The notes under the pieces were generated by a model. It worked only from the letters and a program-made list of their open reading frames with translations. It made no database searches and was not told where the DNA came from. Shown one piece after another: positions 27,267 through 38,071 of a DNA stretch of 64,000 bases (positions within the stretch are counted from its first letter, which is position 1; each line of letters starts with the position of its first letter). The position numbers and the translations under genes were made by a program. Source of the DNA: Candidatus Omnitrophota bacterium (GTDB lineage: Bacteria; Omnitrophota; Omnitrophia; Omnitrophales; Aquincolibacteriaceae); the NCBI GenBank assembly GCA_030698625.1, contig JAUYMS010000024.1:482-64481 (forward strand), written 5' to 3'.

Positions 27267-28283
27267 TTAGAGTTCCCTGCCCACAGCCGCGGCCAGGTTC
27301 CTCATGTCTTTCATCAACTCTTCAAACTGGCCGAACCTCAGGGATTGAGGTCCGTCGCTCTTGGCCTCTTCGGGATTGGGGTGCACTTCCACCATAATGG
27401 CATCCGCACCTGCCGCAATGGCTGCCAGGGCAATCGGTTTGACGAGATCACGCCTACCGGTACCGTGCGAGGGATCGATGAGAATAGGAAGATGAGATTC
27501 AATCTTCACCACTGGAATGGCATTGATATCGATCGTATTACGCGTGGCGGTCTCGAAGGTACGAATACCCCTCTCACAGACCATGACCTTGAAGTTCCCC
27601 TTCGACAGAAGATACTCCGCCGACAGCAGCAATTCTTCAATAGTCGCCGACAGACCGCGTTTTAGCAGAACCGGTTTCTTTGCTGAACCGCACTCTTTGA
27701 GGAGATCAAAGTTTTGCATATTGCGGGCCCCGATCTGAAGCATATCGGCGTATTGAGCGACCAGATCGACACTGCGGGTATCCATGACTTCGGTAACGAC
27801 GAGAAGTCCGTACTTATCGCCCGCCTCGCGCAGGTATTTCAAGCCCTCTTCGCCCAAACCTTGAAAGGAATACGGGGAAGTACGGGGCTTAAACGCGCCG
27901 CCGCGCAAAAAAGTCGCCCCGGCTTTTTTGACTGCTTTAGCCGTCTCCATCAGCATCTCGCGATTTTCTACGGAGCAGGGTCCCGCCATGACGACAATTT
28001 TCTTGCCCCCCACAATAACGCCGTTAGGCATCTCAAATTGACTTGGCTCATTCCGAAAATCACGGCTCGCAAGCTTATATGGCCGCTGAATCGGCACCAC
28101 GCTTTCGACACCCGGAAAGGCCTCCAACGGCTTTACCCGAAGCTTCTCTTCCTCTCCGATAACACCGATAATCGTCCGTAGGACGCCTCGTGAGACCTGA
28201 GGAGTGAGCCCGAGTTCCTTTACCTTGTCACAGATATGGTTGATCTGCTCCGGCGTTGCACCGTTGCGCATAACAATAATCAT
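27267..28283 (-). CDS. aroF: 3-deoxy-7-phosphoheptulonate (DAHP) synthase, AroA(I-beta)/KDO8PS-like type with an N-terminal regulatory domain.
   Basis: 338 aa, with [25 protein letters not shown], and the ...IDPSHGTG... metal/PEP-binding motif. Confidence 0.8.
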   Translation of the reverse strand: MIIVMRNGATPEQINHICDKVKELGLTPQVSRGVLRTIIGVIGEEEKLRVKPLEAFPGVESVVPIQRPYKLASRDFRNEPSQFEMPNGVIVGGKKIVVMAGPCSVENREMLMETAKAVKKAGATFLRGGAFKPRTSPYSFQGLGEEGLKYLREAGDKYGLLVVTEVMDTRSVDLVAQYADMLQIGARNMQNFDLLKECGSAKKPVLLKRGLSATIEELLLSAEYLLSKGNFKVMVCERGIRTFETATRNTIDINAIPVVKIESHLPILIDPSHGTGRRDLVKPIALAAIAAGADAIMVEVHPNPEEAKSDGPQSLRFGQFEELMKDMRNLAAAVGREL

Positions 28284-28310
28284 ACTAGTTCCTGCTCCTT
28301 CCCCATCTGC

Positions 28311-29432
28311 TCATTTTGGATCAGTTCTTTTCAAGCATTCTCTTAAGCTTCGCAAAAATAATGAGTTCTGGGATCGCCGCCCAACCGTTACACGTATCCA
28401 TGTATCGAGGCCATACGCCTTCATAGAACGAATAATAATACCCACTTTCAACAGGGATTGAAAGACATCATTGCCATCGCAACCCGTCTTAACAAGGACA
28501 AAATTAGCCTGGCTCGGGAGATACTCTAGTCCCAGTTGCTTAAAATGCTTATAAAAAAAGCGTCTCCCCCTGGATACCAGGTGCTTGGTCCTCCAAATAA
28601 AAAAACGATCATCGAGAGCTGCCGTAGCCGCCGCCTGGGCAATGGAGTTGACGTTAAACGGCTGTCTGATCTTATGGAGATAAGATATGAGCTGCTCGTT
28701 CGCCACAGCATAGCCGACTCGAAGCCCCGCAAGGCCATAGGCCTTCGAGAACGTGCGCATCACAATCAGATTGGGCCTACTCTTCTCCACATAGCTAAGT
28801 GCATCGGGAAAATCTTCGGCTTCTACAAAGTTAATATAAGCCTCATCAATACATACGATAACGTTTTGCGGAACTTTTGCCAGAAATGCCTCTAGTTCAG
28901 CCGTAGTCACATAGGTGCCCGTCGGATTGTTCGGGTTCGCAATGAAAACAATCCGGGTCTTTTCGGTGATCGCCTGAACCATCGCTTCCAGATCATAGCG
29001 ATAACCGGACGCCATCGGGACCCCCACATATTTAGCACCACAGGCTTGCGAAAGGATGGGGTAAACGAGGAAAGAGGTCTCAGAGGACACGACTTCGTCA
29101 CCCGGGCTAAGAAATCCGCGTGCCAAAAGCTCCAAGATTTCATTGGAGCCGTTCCCTACCAAAATCTGATTCGTTTTCACATCATGCTCCACCGCCAAGC
29201 GCTCCACCAGATAATGTGCAGTACTTTCCGGATAGAGATGCGCTTCACGAATCGCGCGGCGCATAGCCCTGAGGGCCTTACCCGACGGCCCCAACGGGTT
29301 TTCATTCGACGCCAGTTTGATCAAATGACGCAGACCGAGTTCGCGCTCCACTTCTTTGATGGGCTTGCCGGGTTCGTAAGGACGAATCGCCTGAATGTAG
29401 TCTTTAAAAATGTCTCTCGTCATGGCCTGCAT
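28311..29432 (-). CDS. hisC: Histidinol-phosphate/aromatic aminotransferase (class II PLP-dependent).
   Basis: 373 aa, with LASNENPLGPS and the PLP-lysine region MRTFSKAYGLAGLRVGY. Confidence 0.85.
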   Translation of the reverse strand: MQAMTRDIFKDYIQAIRPYEPGKPIKEVERELGLRHLIKLASNENPLGPSGKALRAMRRAIREAHLYPESTAHYLVERLAVEHDVKTNQILVGNGSNEILELLARGFLSPGDEVVSSETSFLVYPILSQACGAKYVGVPMASGYRYDLEAMVQAITEKTRIVFIANPNNPTGTYVTTAELEAFLAKVPQNVIVCIDEAYINFVEAEDFPDALSYVEKSRPNLIVMRTFSKAYGLAGLRVGYAVANEQLISYLHKIRQPFNVNSIAQAAATAALDDRFFIWRTKHLVSRGRRFFYKHFKQLGLEYLPSQANFVLVKTGCDGNDVFQSLLKVGIIIRSMKAYGLDTWIRVTVGRRSQNSLFLRSLRECLKRTDPK

Positions 29433-29449
29433 CTTGATGGATCCAGAAC

Positions 29450-30541
29450 CTAGGCTTCCCGGGCGCCGGCGGCGGGGTAGGAGCCAAGGACCTTCGAGAA
29501 TCTCACCTTCTTATCTATTTCGCTGAGCATCTTGGCAACCTTTTTGTCCGCAACATGCCCCTCAAAATCAATGAAGAAGAGATACTCCCATGCCTTCTTC
29601 TTCGAAGGTCGCGACTCAATTTTTGTCATATTAACCTTGTTTTTTCGGATGGGATCCAGCATGTCGTAGAGGGCTCCGACCTTGTCCTTAAGCGAAACTA
29701 ACATGGATGTCTTCTCCCCTCCTACACGAGAGGGAATCTGCCGCGAGATCACAAGAAACCGCGTCACATTCCGGGAAAAATCCTGAATACCCTCGGCCAA
29801 AAGCGGCAGATTATAAATGGTCGCGGCAAGCTTAGAACCGATCGCGGCGGTTCCGTCTTCAACTTGGGCACGTTTTGCCGCAGCCGTCGTGCTGGCCGTA
29901 TCCACGAGTTCCGCTTGAGGCAAATGGACCTCAATCCAATGGCGGCATTGCCCGAACACCTGCGGGTTAGAATAAACCCGGCGTATGTGTTTTATTTCAG
30001 AATTTGACATGAGGTTGTGCTTGATCTCAAAAAGTATTTCCGAACATATCTTCAGGTCAGAATCAATAAACATATCGAGAGAGTGATTAACGGCACCTTC
30101 GATGGAGTTTTCCACAGGGATGACTCCGTAGTCGGCTTGCTTTCGCTCAACCTGCCTAAAGACTTCATTGATGCTTGCGACCGGAACATAATCGACACTG
30201 GCACCAAACTTTGACAGAGACGCGAGATGCGTGAACGTCGCTTCCGGGCCGAGGTAAGCAATACACAACGGCTTCTCAAGTGCAAGAGCCGCCGACATAA
30301 TCTCACGATAAATCGACTTCAACGATTCCTGCGGCAACGGGCCTTTGCCCTTTTCTTCCAGCTTGCGATAGATTTGGCTTTCTCGCTCCGGAGCATAGAT
30401 TTCCTTACCCATGCGGGTTTTTGCCAAGCCTACCTGCAGGGCGAGTTCCGTGCGTTCGTGAAGCGCCTTGATAATCCGGTCATCAAGGCCGTCGATCATC
30501 TTGCGCAACTGCGCCAAATCGGGTTGCTTCTTCTTAGTCAT
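29450..30541 (-). CDS. pheA: Bifunctional chorismate mutase / prephenate dehydratase (P-protein) with a C-terminal ACT domain. The track ORF extends to 30613, but the internal Met (MTKKKQPDL...) at 30541 is the more likely start, since the longer ORF overlaps scpB by about 80 nt.
   Basis: Chorismate-mutase helix (LRKMIDGLDDRIIKALHERTELALQVG), prephenate-dehydratase core (IAYLGPEATFTHLA), ESRPSKK ACT motif. Confidence 0.8.
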   Translation of the reverse strand: MTKKKQPDLAQLRKMIDGLDDRIIKALHERTELALQVGLAKTRMGKEIYAPERESQIYRKLEEKGKGPLPQESLKSIYREIMSAALALEKPLCIAYLGPEATFTHLASLSKFGASVDYVPVASINEVFRQVERKQADYGVIPVENSIEGAVNHSLDMFIDSDLKICSEILFEIKHNLMSNSEIKHIRRVYSNPQVFGQCRHWIEVHLPQAELVDTASTTAAAKRAQVEDGTAAIGSKLAATIYNLPLLAEGIQDFSRNVTRFLVISRQIPSRVGGEKTSMLVSLKDKVGALYDMLDPIRKNKVNMTKIESRPSKKKAWEYLFFIDFEGHVADKKVAKMLSEIDKKVRFSKVLGSYPAAGAREA

Positions 30542-31343
30542 TTTTTCCAGACTCCTGAACAGCGGGTTCTTCGGCCTCTCCGGCTGTCGCCTCCTCATCA
30601 TCGCTGGGCACATCTACCAGCTTTTCCGTTCCAAGCAGGTCTTCTTTACGAACCGAGTTTTCGACCAGATTCCTGATTTCATCGATGTTCGGAAGATCCG
30701 AGATATCCCTTAGACCGAAGTGTTCCAGGAACTGAGGTGTCGTTCCGTAAAGAAAGGGGCGTCCGGGAATTTCTTTACGCCCCACGATACGCACCAAGCT
30801 GCGCGCCTGAAGATTCTGCAACACGCCACTCGCATCCACGCCGCGCAACTCTTCTATTTCCGCGCGCGTGACGGGTTGTTTGTAAGCCAGTATTGAGAGC
30901 GTCTCCAGCGCCGATTGGGTTGCCTGACGCGCCTTTTTCTGCAGTTCCACCTTACATATCCAGGGTGCATACTCCTTGCGCGTAGCAATCTCATAGCCCC
31001 CGGCAATTTCGTACACCGCAAAGCTCCGCTCGCTCTGGTCATATTCGTCGCGAATCTCGGAAATCATCTTTTGGATCTGGACCGGCGTAAAGTTTTTCAT
31101 CACGCGACGGATTTCGTTCGTTGTCATCGGCTTAGATGAGGCAAACAGCAGGGCCTCGACGACTTTCTTTGCTTTTTCGGGAGTCAGTGATTCGCTATCG
31201 GCTTTTTCAACTTCTACTTTGGTCGCATGCGCAAGCAATTCAGGCGGCAACTGCTCCATAAGCTTCTCTTCAAGCTCCCTTCGGATATTCTTCAGCTTCT
31301 CTTCGCGCTCCTTCTCTCGCATTTGAGCTTCTTTTGCATTCAC
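30534..31343 (-). CDS. scpB: Segregation and condensation protein B, with an N-terminal charged extension.
   Basis: ScpB winged-helix motifs ([18 protein letters not shown]...; [29 protein letters not shown]). Confidence 0.8.
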   Translation of the reverse strand: [269 protein letters not shown]

Positions 31344-32083
31344 GCTTGATCTACCTCCTGCCTCGTAGTTTTATTTTCGATAATAATTTCTCCGAATCTC
31401 TCAGCTTGAAGGGTTCTCACATTACCCGACCGAATCACTTCCAAGAGGGCCAGGAACGTCGCAATCACTTCGTTGCGCGTTCGATACCCTCGGAAAAGTT
31501 TCGAAAAAACGACTCTTCCGTCACGCGCGAGCAGCGCGCGCAGTTCGTTGATCTTTTCCTCAATCGAAATAATTTCTTCAAGAACTTCATGAGTCGCCAC
31601 CTTCGAAAAACGCGATAAAATCCCCTGCAGCGCAGAAATAAGATCGTAGAGATTCGCAGTAAATGCCTCCTGCGGCAATTCGTTCGGATCAATATCCGGA
31701 AGATAATAGTCCGTGATCTGCCGGGAAAACACTTTCCCTCTCTCGCCCTCCAAAAGCCCCAATTCCTTGGCCGCTTCACGAAACGCCTGGTATTCAAGCA
31801 GCTTTCGCACAAGCTCGGACCGTGGGTCTTCCTCAAAATCATCTTCCTCGATTGTTTCTTGCGGCAGCAACATCCTCGACTTGATATAAATCAGCGTCGC
31901 CGCCAGAACCAGGTACTCTCCGGCAACCTCCAGATCCAGCTGCTTCATTTGCCCCAGAGTTTCAAGGTATTGTCGCGTAATCTCGGCAATGGGAATATCG
32001 TAGATATCCATCTCATTTTTGCGAATAAGGTCTAAGAGGAGTTCCAGCGGCCCGTCATAAACGGGCAACTTAACATTAATCAT
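31340..32083 (-). CDS. scpA: Segregation and condensation protein A (kleisin).
   Basis: 247 aa; PLELLLDLIRKNEMDIYDIPIAEITRQYL is typical of ScpA; overlaps scpB by 4 nt. Confidence 0.8.
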   Translation of the reverse strand: MINVKLPVYDGPLELLLDLIRKNEMDIYDIPIAEITRQYLETLGQMKQLDLEVAGEYLVLAATLIYIKSRMLLPQETIEEDDFEEDPRSELVRKLLEYQAFREAAKELGLLEGERGKVFSRQITDYYLPDIDPNELPQEAFTANLYDLISALQGILSRFSKVATHEVLEEIISIEEKINELRALLARDGRVVFSKLFRGYRTRNEVIATFLALLEVIRSGNVRTLQAERFGEIIIENKTTRQEVDQA

Positions 32084-33081
32084 TTCACCCTTTCCTTTGG
32101 CCTTCGGAGTCCGACAGCAGCCATTACTTCGGCCATCGTCTCGCTTGCAACCTCACGCGCTCTGACTCGCCCGCGCGCTAAAATATCCTTCACCTGATCC
32201 TTCTGACGCACCCACTTTTCACGCCGCTCTCGAATGGGGTCCATAAACTCGTTCAACTTACCGGCCATTTCCAATTTACAGTCAACGCAGCCCCTTTGAG
32301 CTTCGCGGCATTCGCTTGCGACGGTATCGACCTGATCTGCATTCAAGAGTTTATGGTAGAAAAAAACCGGGCAAACTTCCGGATTTCCTTTATCCTCGCG
32401 CCGCTTGCGCCCTGGATCCGTTACCATCGACTTCACCTTTTTGATCACCACGTCGGGGGAATCGGCAAGATAAATACAGTTGTTGTAGCTCTTGCTCATC
32501 TTGCGGCCGTCAAGACCGGGAATCCGGGGCACTTCCGTTAAAATGGCTTCTGGTTCCGGGAAAACTTCAGCCCCATAAAGATGATGAAATCGACGGGCAA
32601 TTTCCCGGGTCAATTCCAGGTGAGGCAACTGATCTTCTCCGACAGGAACTTTAACAGCCTTGTAAAGAAGGATATCTGCTGCCTGCAACACCGGATACCC
32701 TAAAAAACCATACGTATGCAATTCCCGGCCCGCGAGCTCCTTAAGCTGATCTTTATAGGTTGGATTTCGCTCGAGCCAGCCAAGCGGCGTAATCATTCCC
32801 AACATCAGAGCCAATTCCGCATGCTCAGGCACTTCGCTCTGAACAAAGATCGTGCACTGCTCGGGATCCAAGCCTCCCGCCAGATAATCCGTAATGACTT
32901 CGTAGACATTATCGGCAATCTCGGTATGGCTCTCGTACTCGGTTGTGAGAGCGTGCCAATCGGCGATCATGAAAAAGGAGTCCTGCCCCTGCAATTTCTT
33001 ATAATTTTCAATCGCGCCGAGGAGATTACCTAGGTGTAGCTTACCGGTGGGACGTGTCCCGCTAAGGATCCGTAACGACAT
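32080..33081 (-). CDS. trpS: Tryptophan--tRNA ligase.
   Basis: Class I HIGH-like (TGKLHLGNLLGAI) and KMSKS motifs. Confidence 0.9.
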   Translation of the reverse strand: MSLRILSGTRPTGKLHLGNLLGAIENYKKLQGQDSFFMIADWHALTTEYESHTEIADNVYEVITDYLAGGLDPEQCTIFVQSEVPEHAELALMLGMITPLGWLERNPTYKDQLKELAGRELHTYGFLGYPVLQAADILLYKAVKVPVGEDQLPHLELTREIARRFHHLYGAEVFPEPEAILTEVPRIPGLDGRKMSKSYNNCIYLADSPDVVIKKVKSMVTDPGRKRREDKGNPEVCPVFFYHKLLNADQVDTVASECREAQRGCVDCKLEMAGKLNEFMDPIRERREKWVRQKDQVKDILARGRVRAREVASETMAEVMAAVGLRRPKERVK

Positions 33082-33192
33082 TTGGCCTATTATTCTCTCC
33101 GTAACCCTAAGATTTACGGTATTTTACAGTTCTTCGTCCAACCTGTCAACCAGCCCGGACCAGTTTAAACGTATACAGCTTTTAGGGATACG

Positions 33193-33390
33193 CTATTTGG
33201 CACGCGGCGCCTTCCCGGTTAGAGCAAATCCCTGCCTTTTAACCGCCTTAATCATACGAAAGAAAGCCTGTACGGGAGTCCTGCCCTCCGTGAGGTTCTT
33301 ATCGCATACGGCGGCATAGCCCTTGCGATTCTTGATCTTAAAAATAGATACTTTGCCTGCGGCGAGCTGCTTCAAAGTCTTCTTTGGCAT
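33193..33390 (-). CDS. Small basic hypothetical protein (65 aa).
   Basis: An ORF between trpS and the secreted hypothetical. It is lysine/arginine-rich and I could not recognise a family. Confidence 0.3.
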   Translation of the reverse strand: MPKKTLKQLAAGKVSIFKIKNRKGYAAVCDKNLTEGRTPVQAFFRMIKAVKRQGFALTGKAPRAK

Positions 33391-33480
33391 ATATCCCTCC
33401 CTTGAATGGACAGACTGAATGGCAATTTAAAGTCGTTATGTATATCGGCAAGAATCGGCAGATATTGCGCCGGGAGAATG

Positions 33481-33927
33481 CTATTCGTTCATTTCTTCTA
33501 AGGCCTTCAACTCGTCGAACAGCACTTTTCGCGATAAGCGAAATTTGCCGTCCGGCAACTTGACCCACACCAGGGAACCGGTAAAAATGGATGCATTGCA
33601 CCACTGCATCACCCACTCCTTCGGCTTCTGCTCCTTGTAACGCCTCTTGAGAAACCACCGGGCAAAGGTTGCGGCAATACGCGGATTGTAATACAGCTTG
33701 TCGTAGAGGATCTGAAACTTGCCCTCTTCAAAGCGATCGATGAGATAGATGAGCTTTGAGAGGTCGGCGTCACCGCGCTTCACATATTGCTCATAGGCAC
33801 GGCTATCTTTAAGGGGCTGAAGTCCGAATGTATCTGACTGGGCTTCGGCAAGGGCCTGCGGATTAAAACAGCTCACTGCTAGCAGCACCCATAAAATGTA
33901 TCGATTTATGCGCTTGGTCAACTTCAC
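33481..33927 (-). CDS. Hypothetical secreted protein (148 aa) with an N-terminal signal peptide.
   Basis: MKLTKRINRYILWVLLAVSCFNPQALA followed by a hydrophilic domain. Confidence 0.5.
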   Translation of the reverse strand: MKLTKRINRYILWVLLAVSCFNPQALAEAQSDTFGLQPLKDSRAYEQYVKRGDADLSKLIYLIDRFEEGKFQILYDKLYYNPRIAATFARWFLKRRYKEQKPKEWVMQWCNASIFTGSLVWVKLPDGKFRLSRKVLFDELKALEEMNE

Positions 33928-33942
33928 AGCTCGTGGTCTGAG

Positions 33943-36027
33943 TTATCTTGGAAATGCTTCTTTGACGCCGCCGTCAACTGTTAGTATACAACCGGTCGTT
34001 TTTGCTGACCGGGATGAAATGAGATACGTCACCGCTTCTGCCACATCCTCAGGCAGCACACGTGTTTTCATCAGATTCCGGTTCACGTAGAAATCTTCTA
34101 AACGTTTAGACGAAATGCCGTAACTTCGGGCACGATTCTCACGTATCCCGTTCCATAGTCCCGACCCCTCAAAAACTCCGTCTGGATTAATAAGGTTAAC
34201 GCGTATACCGAATTCTCCGTTTTCAATCGCAAGGATGCGCCCGAGTTGGACCTGCGCGGCTTTAGCCGCACTGTAAGCCCCAAAATCTTTTCCCGGCGCC
34301 AACACATTCTTGGATGCAATAAAGACAATCGAGCCTCCCATCACCTGCCGTCGCATAATTCTAACCGCCTCTCTGGCAACAAGAAAATGCCCGCGAGCAT
34401 TAACAGAAAAGCTCTTTTCCCAGTCCCGCTCATGCAGCAACTCTATTGACGAAACATGGGCCACTCCGGCATTCGAAACTATAAAATCAAGGCCTCCCGT
34501 TGTCAGCACAATGGACTCTAACCCACGCGTAACGCTCGACGCATCTGTCACATCCATCGTAACGGCGAAGACGCGACCTTTTCCTACCTGCTCGTTAATC
34601 TCATCGGCCAGCTTGGAAACCTTCTTCCCGTCCAAGTCCGCAATAAAAACATGCGCACCGCTGGCCGCCAGATGTCTGGCGATCGCCTTACCGATGCCTC
34701 CCGCGGCCCCAGTCACTAAGCCCACGCGACGCGACAGTTCGGCTTCCGGCGGCTGAAGCGACAGTTTGTACAACTCCATGGGCCAATACTCCATTTCAAA
34801 TGCCAGCCGCTCGGTGAGCGAGCGGTACCGGTCAACACTCGTAGCGCTAACCATCACTGAGATGGAATGTTCGTAAATCTCTCCAACTATAGCCGCAGAT
34901 TTCAAGTCCCGCCCCGATGCCAACATGCCAACTCCCGGCACGAGAATCACCTTGGGATAGGGGTCCAGCATCTGAGCGGAACCGTTCGACAAGGAGCGTT
35001 TGAGTTCACTGCGGTATTTCAAAAAGTACGTCTCATGCTTCTGCGCATAGCGGTTCACCTGCCTAACGATATCGGCTCCGGTCAAACTTTCAGGACTTTT
35101 CCCAGGCGGCTTGAGATAGAGGGCGTGACGCTTAGTCCGAAGCATGTGATCAGGCGTCGCGGGTCCGACCTGCGAAACCTTGGCCGCATCTCGCGCATTG
35201 ACAAACTCCATCACTTGGGGGGAATCATATAATTTCAAAACTGCCGGCTGGCGCTGACTCACTGCGCGTCTCAGCACCGGCAAGTACCGCAACAACCACT
35301 TGCGCTTCCCCGCTCGACTCAGGCGGATATAAACGGGAGCGCTCCAGTATTTTCTCTTTTTCCGTTGAACCGCCAGGTACCGTTCCGCGCGCGAAACCAT
35401 CTGAATCGTTAAGGAGTAGCTGGTCTTGGCATCTTCGGCCCAGGTAATGAGGCCATGATTTTCCAAAATCAGCCCCTTCGCCTCAGGGCATTTTTGATAG
35501 GCCTTCCCAACCCATTTTGCCAATGTAAACCCGGGCTTCACATACGGGACCCACAGCAATTCATCCCCGTAAATTTCACGAGCAATACTCTTACCGTGAT
35601 GGGTATTAGTAATCGAAAGAATGGCATCGGCATGGGTGTGCGTAATGTCAATTTCATCCACAAAGGCATGCAGAAGCACTTCGATGGAAGGGCGCGGGGC
35701 TTTCGGGTCCAAAAGGCATCGCGCCACAAAGTCGACCATTTCCTGGTCCGTCATTTTCTTGAACCGGAATGCATATCGGAGACCATCCAAATCGACGGGA
35801 GGAAAATGCTTGCGCTCAGATTGCTTCAGATCCGAGCCGCTCCCTTTAATGCGAAGGACCCGCCTCTCCGCACCGAGATGATCGCGTTCGACGGTCTTCG
35901 TTGAGGTATTTCCCCCGCCCCAGACGCACAACTTGGGCTCGGAGCCAACAAGACGGGAACTATAAACAAGGAGGCCCAGTTTATCTTTGGCCTTGGCAGA
36001 TTCCTTAGAATTCCAGAGATTTTTCAT
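33943..36027 (-). CDS. Bifunctional class II aldolase (rhamnulose-1-phosphate aldolase-like) / short-chain dehydrogenase.
   Basis: 694 aa. The N-terminal class II aldolase/adducin domain is fused to a C-terminal SDR with TGAAGGIGKAIARHLAASGAHV and S..Y...K context (YSAAKAA). Confidence 0.8.
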   Translation of the reverse strand: MKNLWNSKESAKAKDKLGLLVYSSRLVGSEPKLCVWGGGNTSTKTVERDHLGAERRVLRIKGSGSDLKQSERKHFPPVDLDGLRYAFRFKKMTDQEMVDFVARCLLDPKAPRPSIEVLLHAFVDEIDITHTHADAILSITNTHHGKSIAREIYGDELLWVPYVKPGFTLAKWVGKAYQKCPEAKGLILENHGLITWAEDAKTSYSLTIQMVSRAERYLAVQRKKRKYWSAPVYIRLSRAGKRKWLLRYLPVLRRAVSQRQPAVLKLYDSPQVMEFVNARDAAKVSQVGPATPDHMLRTKRHALYLKPPGKSPESLTGADIVRQVNRYAQKHETYFLKYRSELKRSLSNGSAQMLDPYPKVILVPGVGMLASGRDLKSAAIVGEIYEHSISVMVSATSVDRYRSLTERLAFEMEYWPMELYKLSLQPPEAELSRRVGLVTGAAGGIGKAIARHLAASGAHVFIADLDGKKVSKLADEINEQVGKGRVFAVTMDVTDASSVTRGLESIVLTTGGLDFIVSNAGVAHVSSIELLHERDWEKSFSVNARGHFLVAREAVRIMRRQVMGGSIVFIASKNVLAPGKDFGAYSAAKAAQVQLGRILAIENGEFGIRVNLINPDGVFEGSGLWNGIRENRARSYGISSKRLEDFYVNRNLMKTRVLPEDVAEAVTYLISSRSAKTTGCILTVDGGVKEAFPR

Positions 36028-36084
36028 ATGCGGCGACAGTATATCATGAGGGCCGGCGACGCGGAAGGACTGACTACAGGGGCG

Positions 36085-37950
36085 CTATGACTTGATGATA
36101 TCGTTTTCCAGCCAGGTATATTCACCGCCAAGAACTTTTTGCGCAATTTTATAGAAGAAATTATCGCTATTCACAAAGAGGTGGCGAAATTGCTTTTCTA
36201 TGCGCCCACGACATTGCCGCGAACAAAGGTCGGCCAATTCGGCAGGACCAGTATCGCCCGGATTCTGGTTATGAAGCGTCACGGCCCGCGCACAAGTCGC
36301 CGACATCACAAAAAGATCCGTACCGATATTGACAAGCCGAGTCATTAGCTGCTGCTTTCGCTCCAGACCCTGCTGATAAATCATCATGGCGTGAAACAGA
36401 TGCCGCGCCAGCCGCCGTGCCGTGCGGCCGGTATATTTCATGTGCTTTGCCAGCGCCGGCGGAATATTCACACCTGAGGGAAGTTGATTCCCCGGCAGGA
36501 ATTGTTTCGGATACCACAACGCATAGTGACCGATGGCCCCAAAGACCAGTTTGATCCGCTCTCCGAACTTCGTGCGCGGAGAAACCAGCGGCATAATGCG
36601 GCGAACATGCGAGTCCATCGCCTCACGTGCGATAAACAGCCGCATAATCTGACTGGTTCCTTCAATAATCGTATTGATTCGTGAATCCCTCATCATACGC
36701 TCCAGAGCGATCCCTGCCTCGCCCCTCGCCTTGAGCGACGGTCCCGTTTCATAGCCCCTTCCTCCGCGGATCTGCATCGCGCCGTCGATAATCCGCCAAC
36801 TCGCTTCGGTGCAGCAAAGCTTCGCCATCGCAGCCTCAAGGCGAATATCCGTCTTTTTGCTGTCCGCCATAGAGGAACTGATATTGGTCACCGCATCCAT
36901 CGCAAATATTGTCGATGCCATAGCAGCAATCTTGTGAGCAACGGCTTCATGCTTGCCGATGGCCGATCCCCACTGAATCCTTTCATTCGCCCATTTGCGC
37001 ACCACACCCAGGCACCACTTAGACCCTCCGGTCACGGCCGCCGGCATAGTCAACCTGCCGGTATTCAGCGTCGTTAGAGCGATCTTTAACCCTTTACCTT
37101 CACTCAAGATAATATTTTCGCGCGGCACCTTTACGTCGGTAAACCGCATCAGTCCATTCTGAATCCCGTTAAGCCCCATAAACCGGCACCGGTGTACGGT
37201 CTCGATTCCTTTCATGGACTTTTCAACAATAAATGCCGTTACCTGCTTCTTCTCACGTCCATGAACCACCTTTGGGGCGGTCTGCGCCATAACAATCATG
37301 ATGTCAGCGACGGGGCCATTGGTACACCAGAGTTTTTCCCCGTTAATAATATAGTGCTTACCGTCTTCGGTGAGCGTCGCCGTCGTCGTCATCTTAGCCG
37401 GGTCACTACCGACGTCGGGTTCTGTCAAGGCAAAGGCCGAAATCGCACCCCTTGCGAACATGGGCAGATATTTTTGTTTCTGTTCATCCGTGCCGAATAG
37501 CATGAGGGGTTGAGGTACTCCGATGGACTGATGGGCTGACAACCATACTGCGGTAGACGAGCAATAACTCGCGACCATATGAATAGCGCGATTATAATTG
37601 ACCTGTGAAAGCCCTAAGCCGCCGAAATTAGGCGGGATTTTCATGGCAAAACAGCCGAGTTTAGCCAAAGCCTCAAGGGCACTCTTTGGAAGCTCTCCGG
37701 TGCGATCAACTTCGTCGGGGTCAATGTGCTCTTTGAGAACCTTCTCAAGACGGGCGAGAAAGTCATCGCCGACCATCTTTTCTTCGTCACTCTGCTGAGG
37801 GAACGGCAAAAGCAAATCCCAACGCAGGCGCCCCTGGAAAAGTTCTGCCGCAAAGCTAGGGTGATCCCAGGTCAGCTCCCTAGAATCTTCGGCAAGCTCC
37901 AGAGCTTTGCGCTTGCCCTCACTGACATTTTTTTGATCGAGAATCTCCAT
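36085..37950 (-). CDS. Acyl-CoA dehydrogenase family protein (long FadE-like form with a C-terminal extension).
   Basis: 621 aa with ACAD N, middle and C domains (AFALTEPDVGSD; YSAAKAA-like catalytic region; IQIRGGRGYETG). Confidence 0.8.
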   Translation of the reverse strand: MEILDQKNVSEGKRKALELAEDSRELTWDHPSFAAELFQGRLRWDLLLPFPQQSDEEKMVGDDFLARLEKVLKEHIDPDEVDRTGELPKSALEALAKLGCFAMKIPPNFGGLGLSQVNYNRAIHMVASYCSSTAVWLSAHQSIGVPQPLMLFGTDEQKQKYLPMFARGAISAFALTEPDVGSDPAKMTTTATLTEDGKHYIINGEKLWCTNGPVADIMIVMAQTAPKVVHGREKKQVTAFIVEKSMKGIETVHRCRFMGLNGIQNGLMRFTDVKVPRENIILSEGKGLKIALTTLNTGRLTMPAAVTGGSKWCLGVVRKWANERIQWGSAIGKHEAVAHKIAAMASTIFAMDAVTNISSSMADSKKTDIRLEAAMAKLCCTEASWRIIDGAMQIRGGRGYETGPSLKARGEAGIALERMMRDSRINTIIEGTSQIMRLFIAREAMDSHVRRIMPLVSPRTKFGERIKLVFGAIGHYALWYPKQFLPGNQLPSGVNIPPALAKHMKYTGRTARRLARHLFHAMMIYQQGLERKQQLMTRLVNIGTDLFVMSATCARAVTLHNQNPGDTGPAELADLCSRQCRGRIEKQFRHLFVNSDNFFYKIAQKVLGGEYTWLENDIIKS

Positions 37951-38071
37951 CGGAAGCCCTCAAATATCGCTAACCAAAGTATACACAATGAATTAAGACA
38001 ATTCCAACGGGCTAGTGAAGTTGCCGTTGCATAATATATCGGATTTTACGCCAGGAACCTTTGCCCTGTTT

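Noticed and set aside
37951-38071. Inverted repeat CTTTGCC...(17 nt)...GGCAAAG downstream of rlmI as a terminator
   Set aside because: The loop is too long and there is no U-tract; probably incidental.
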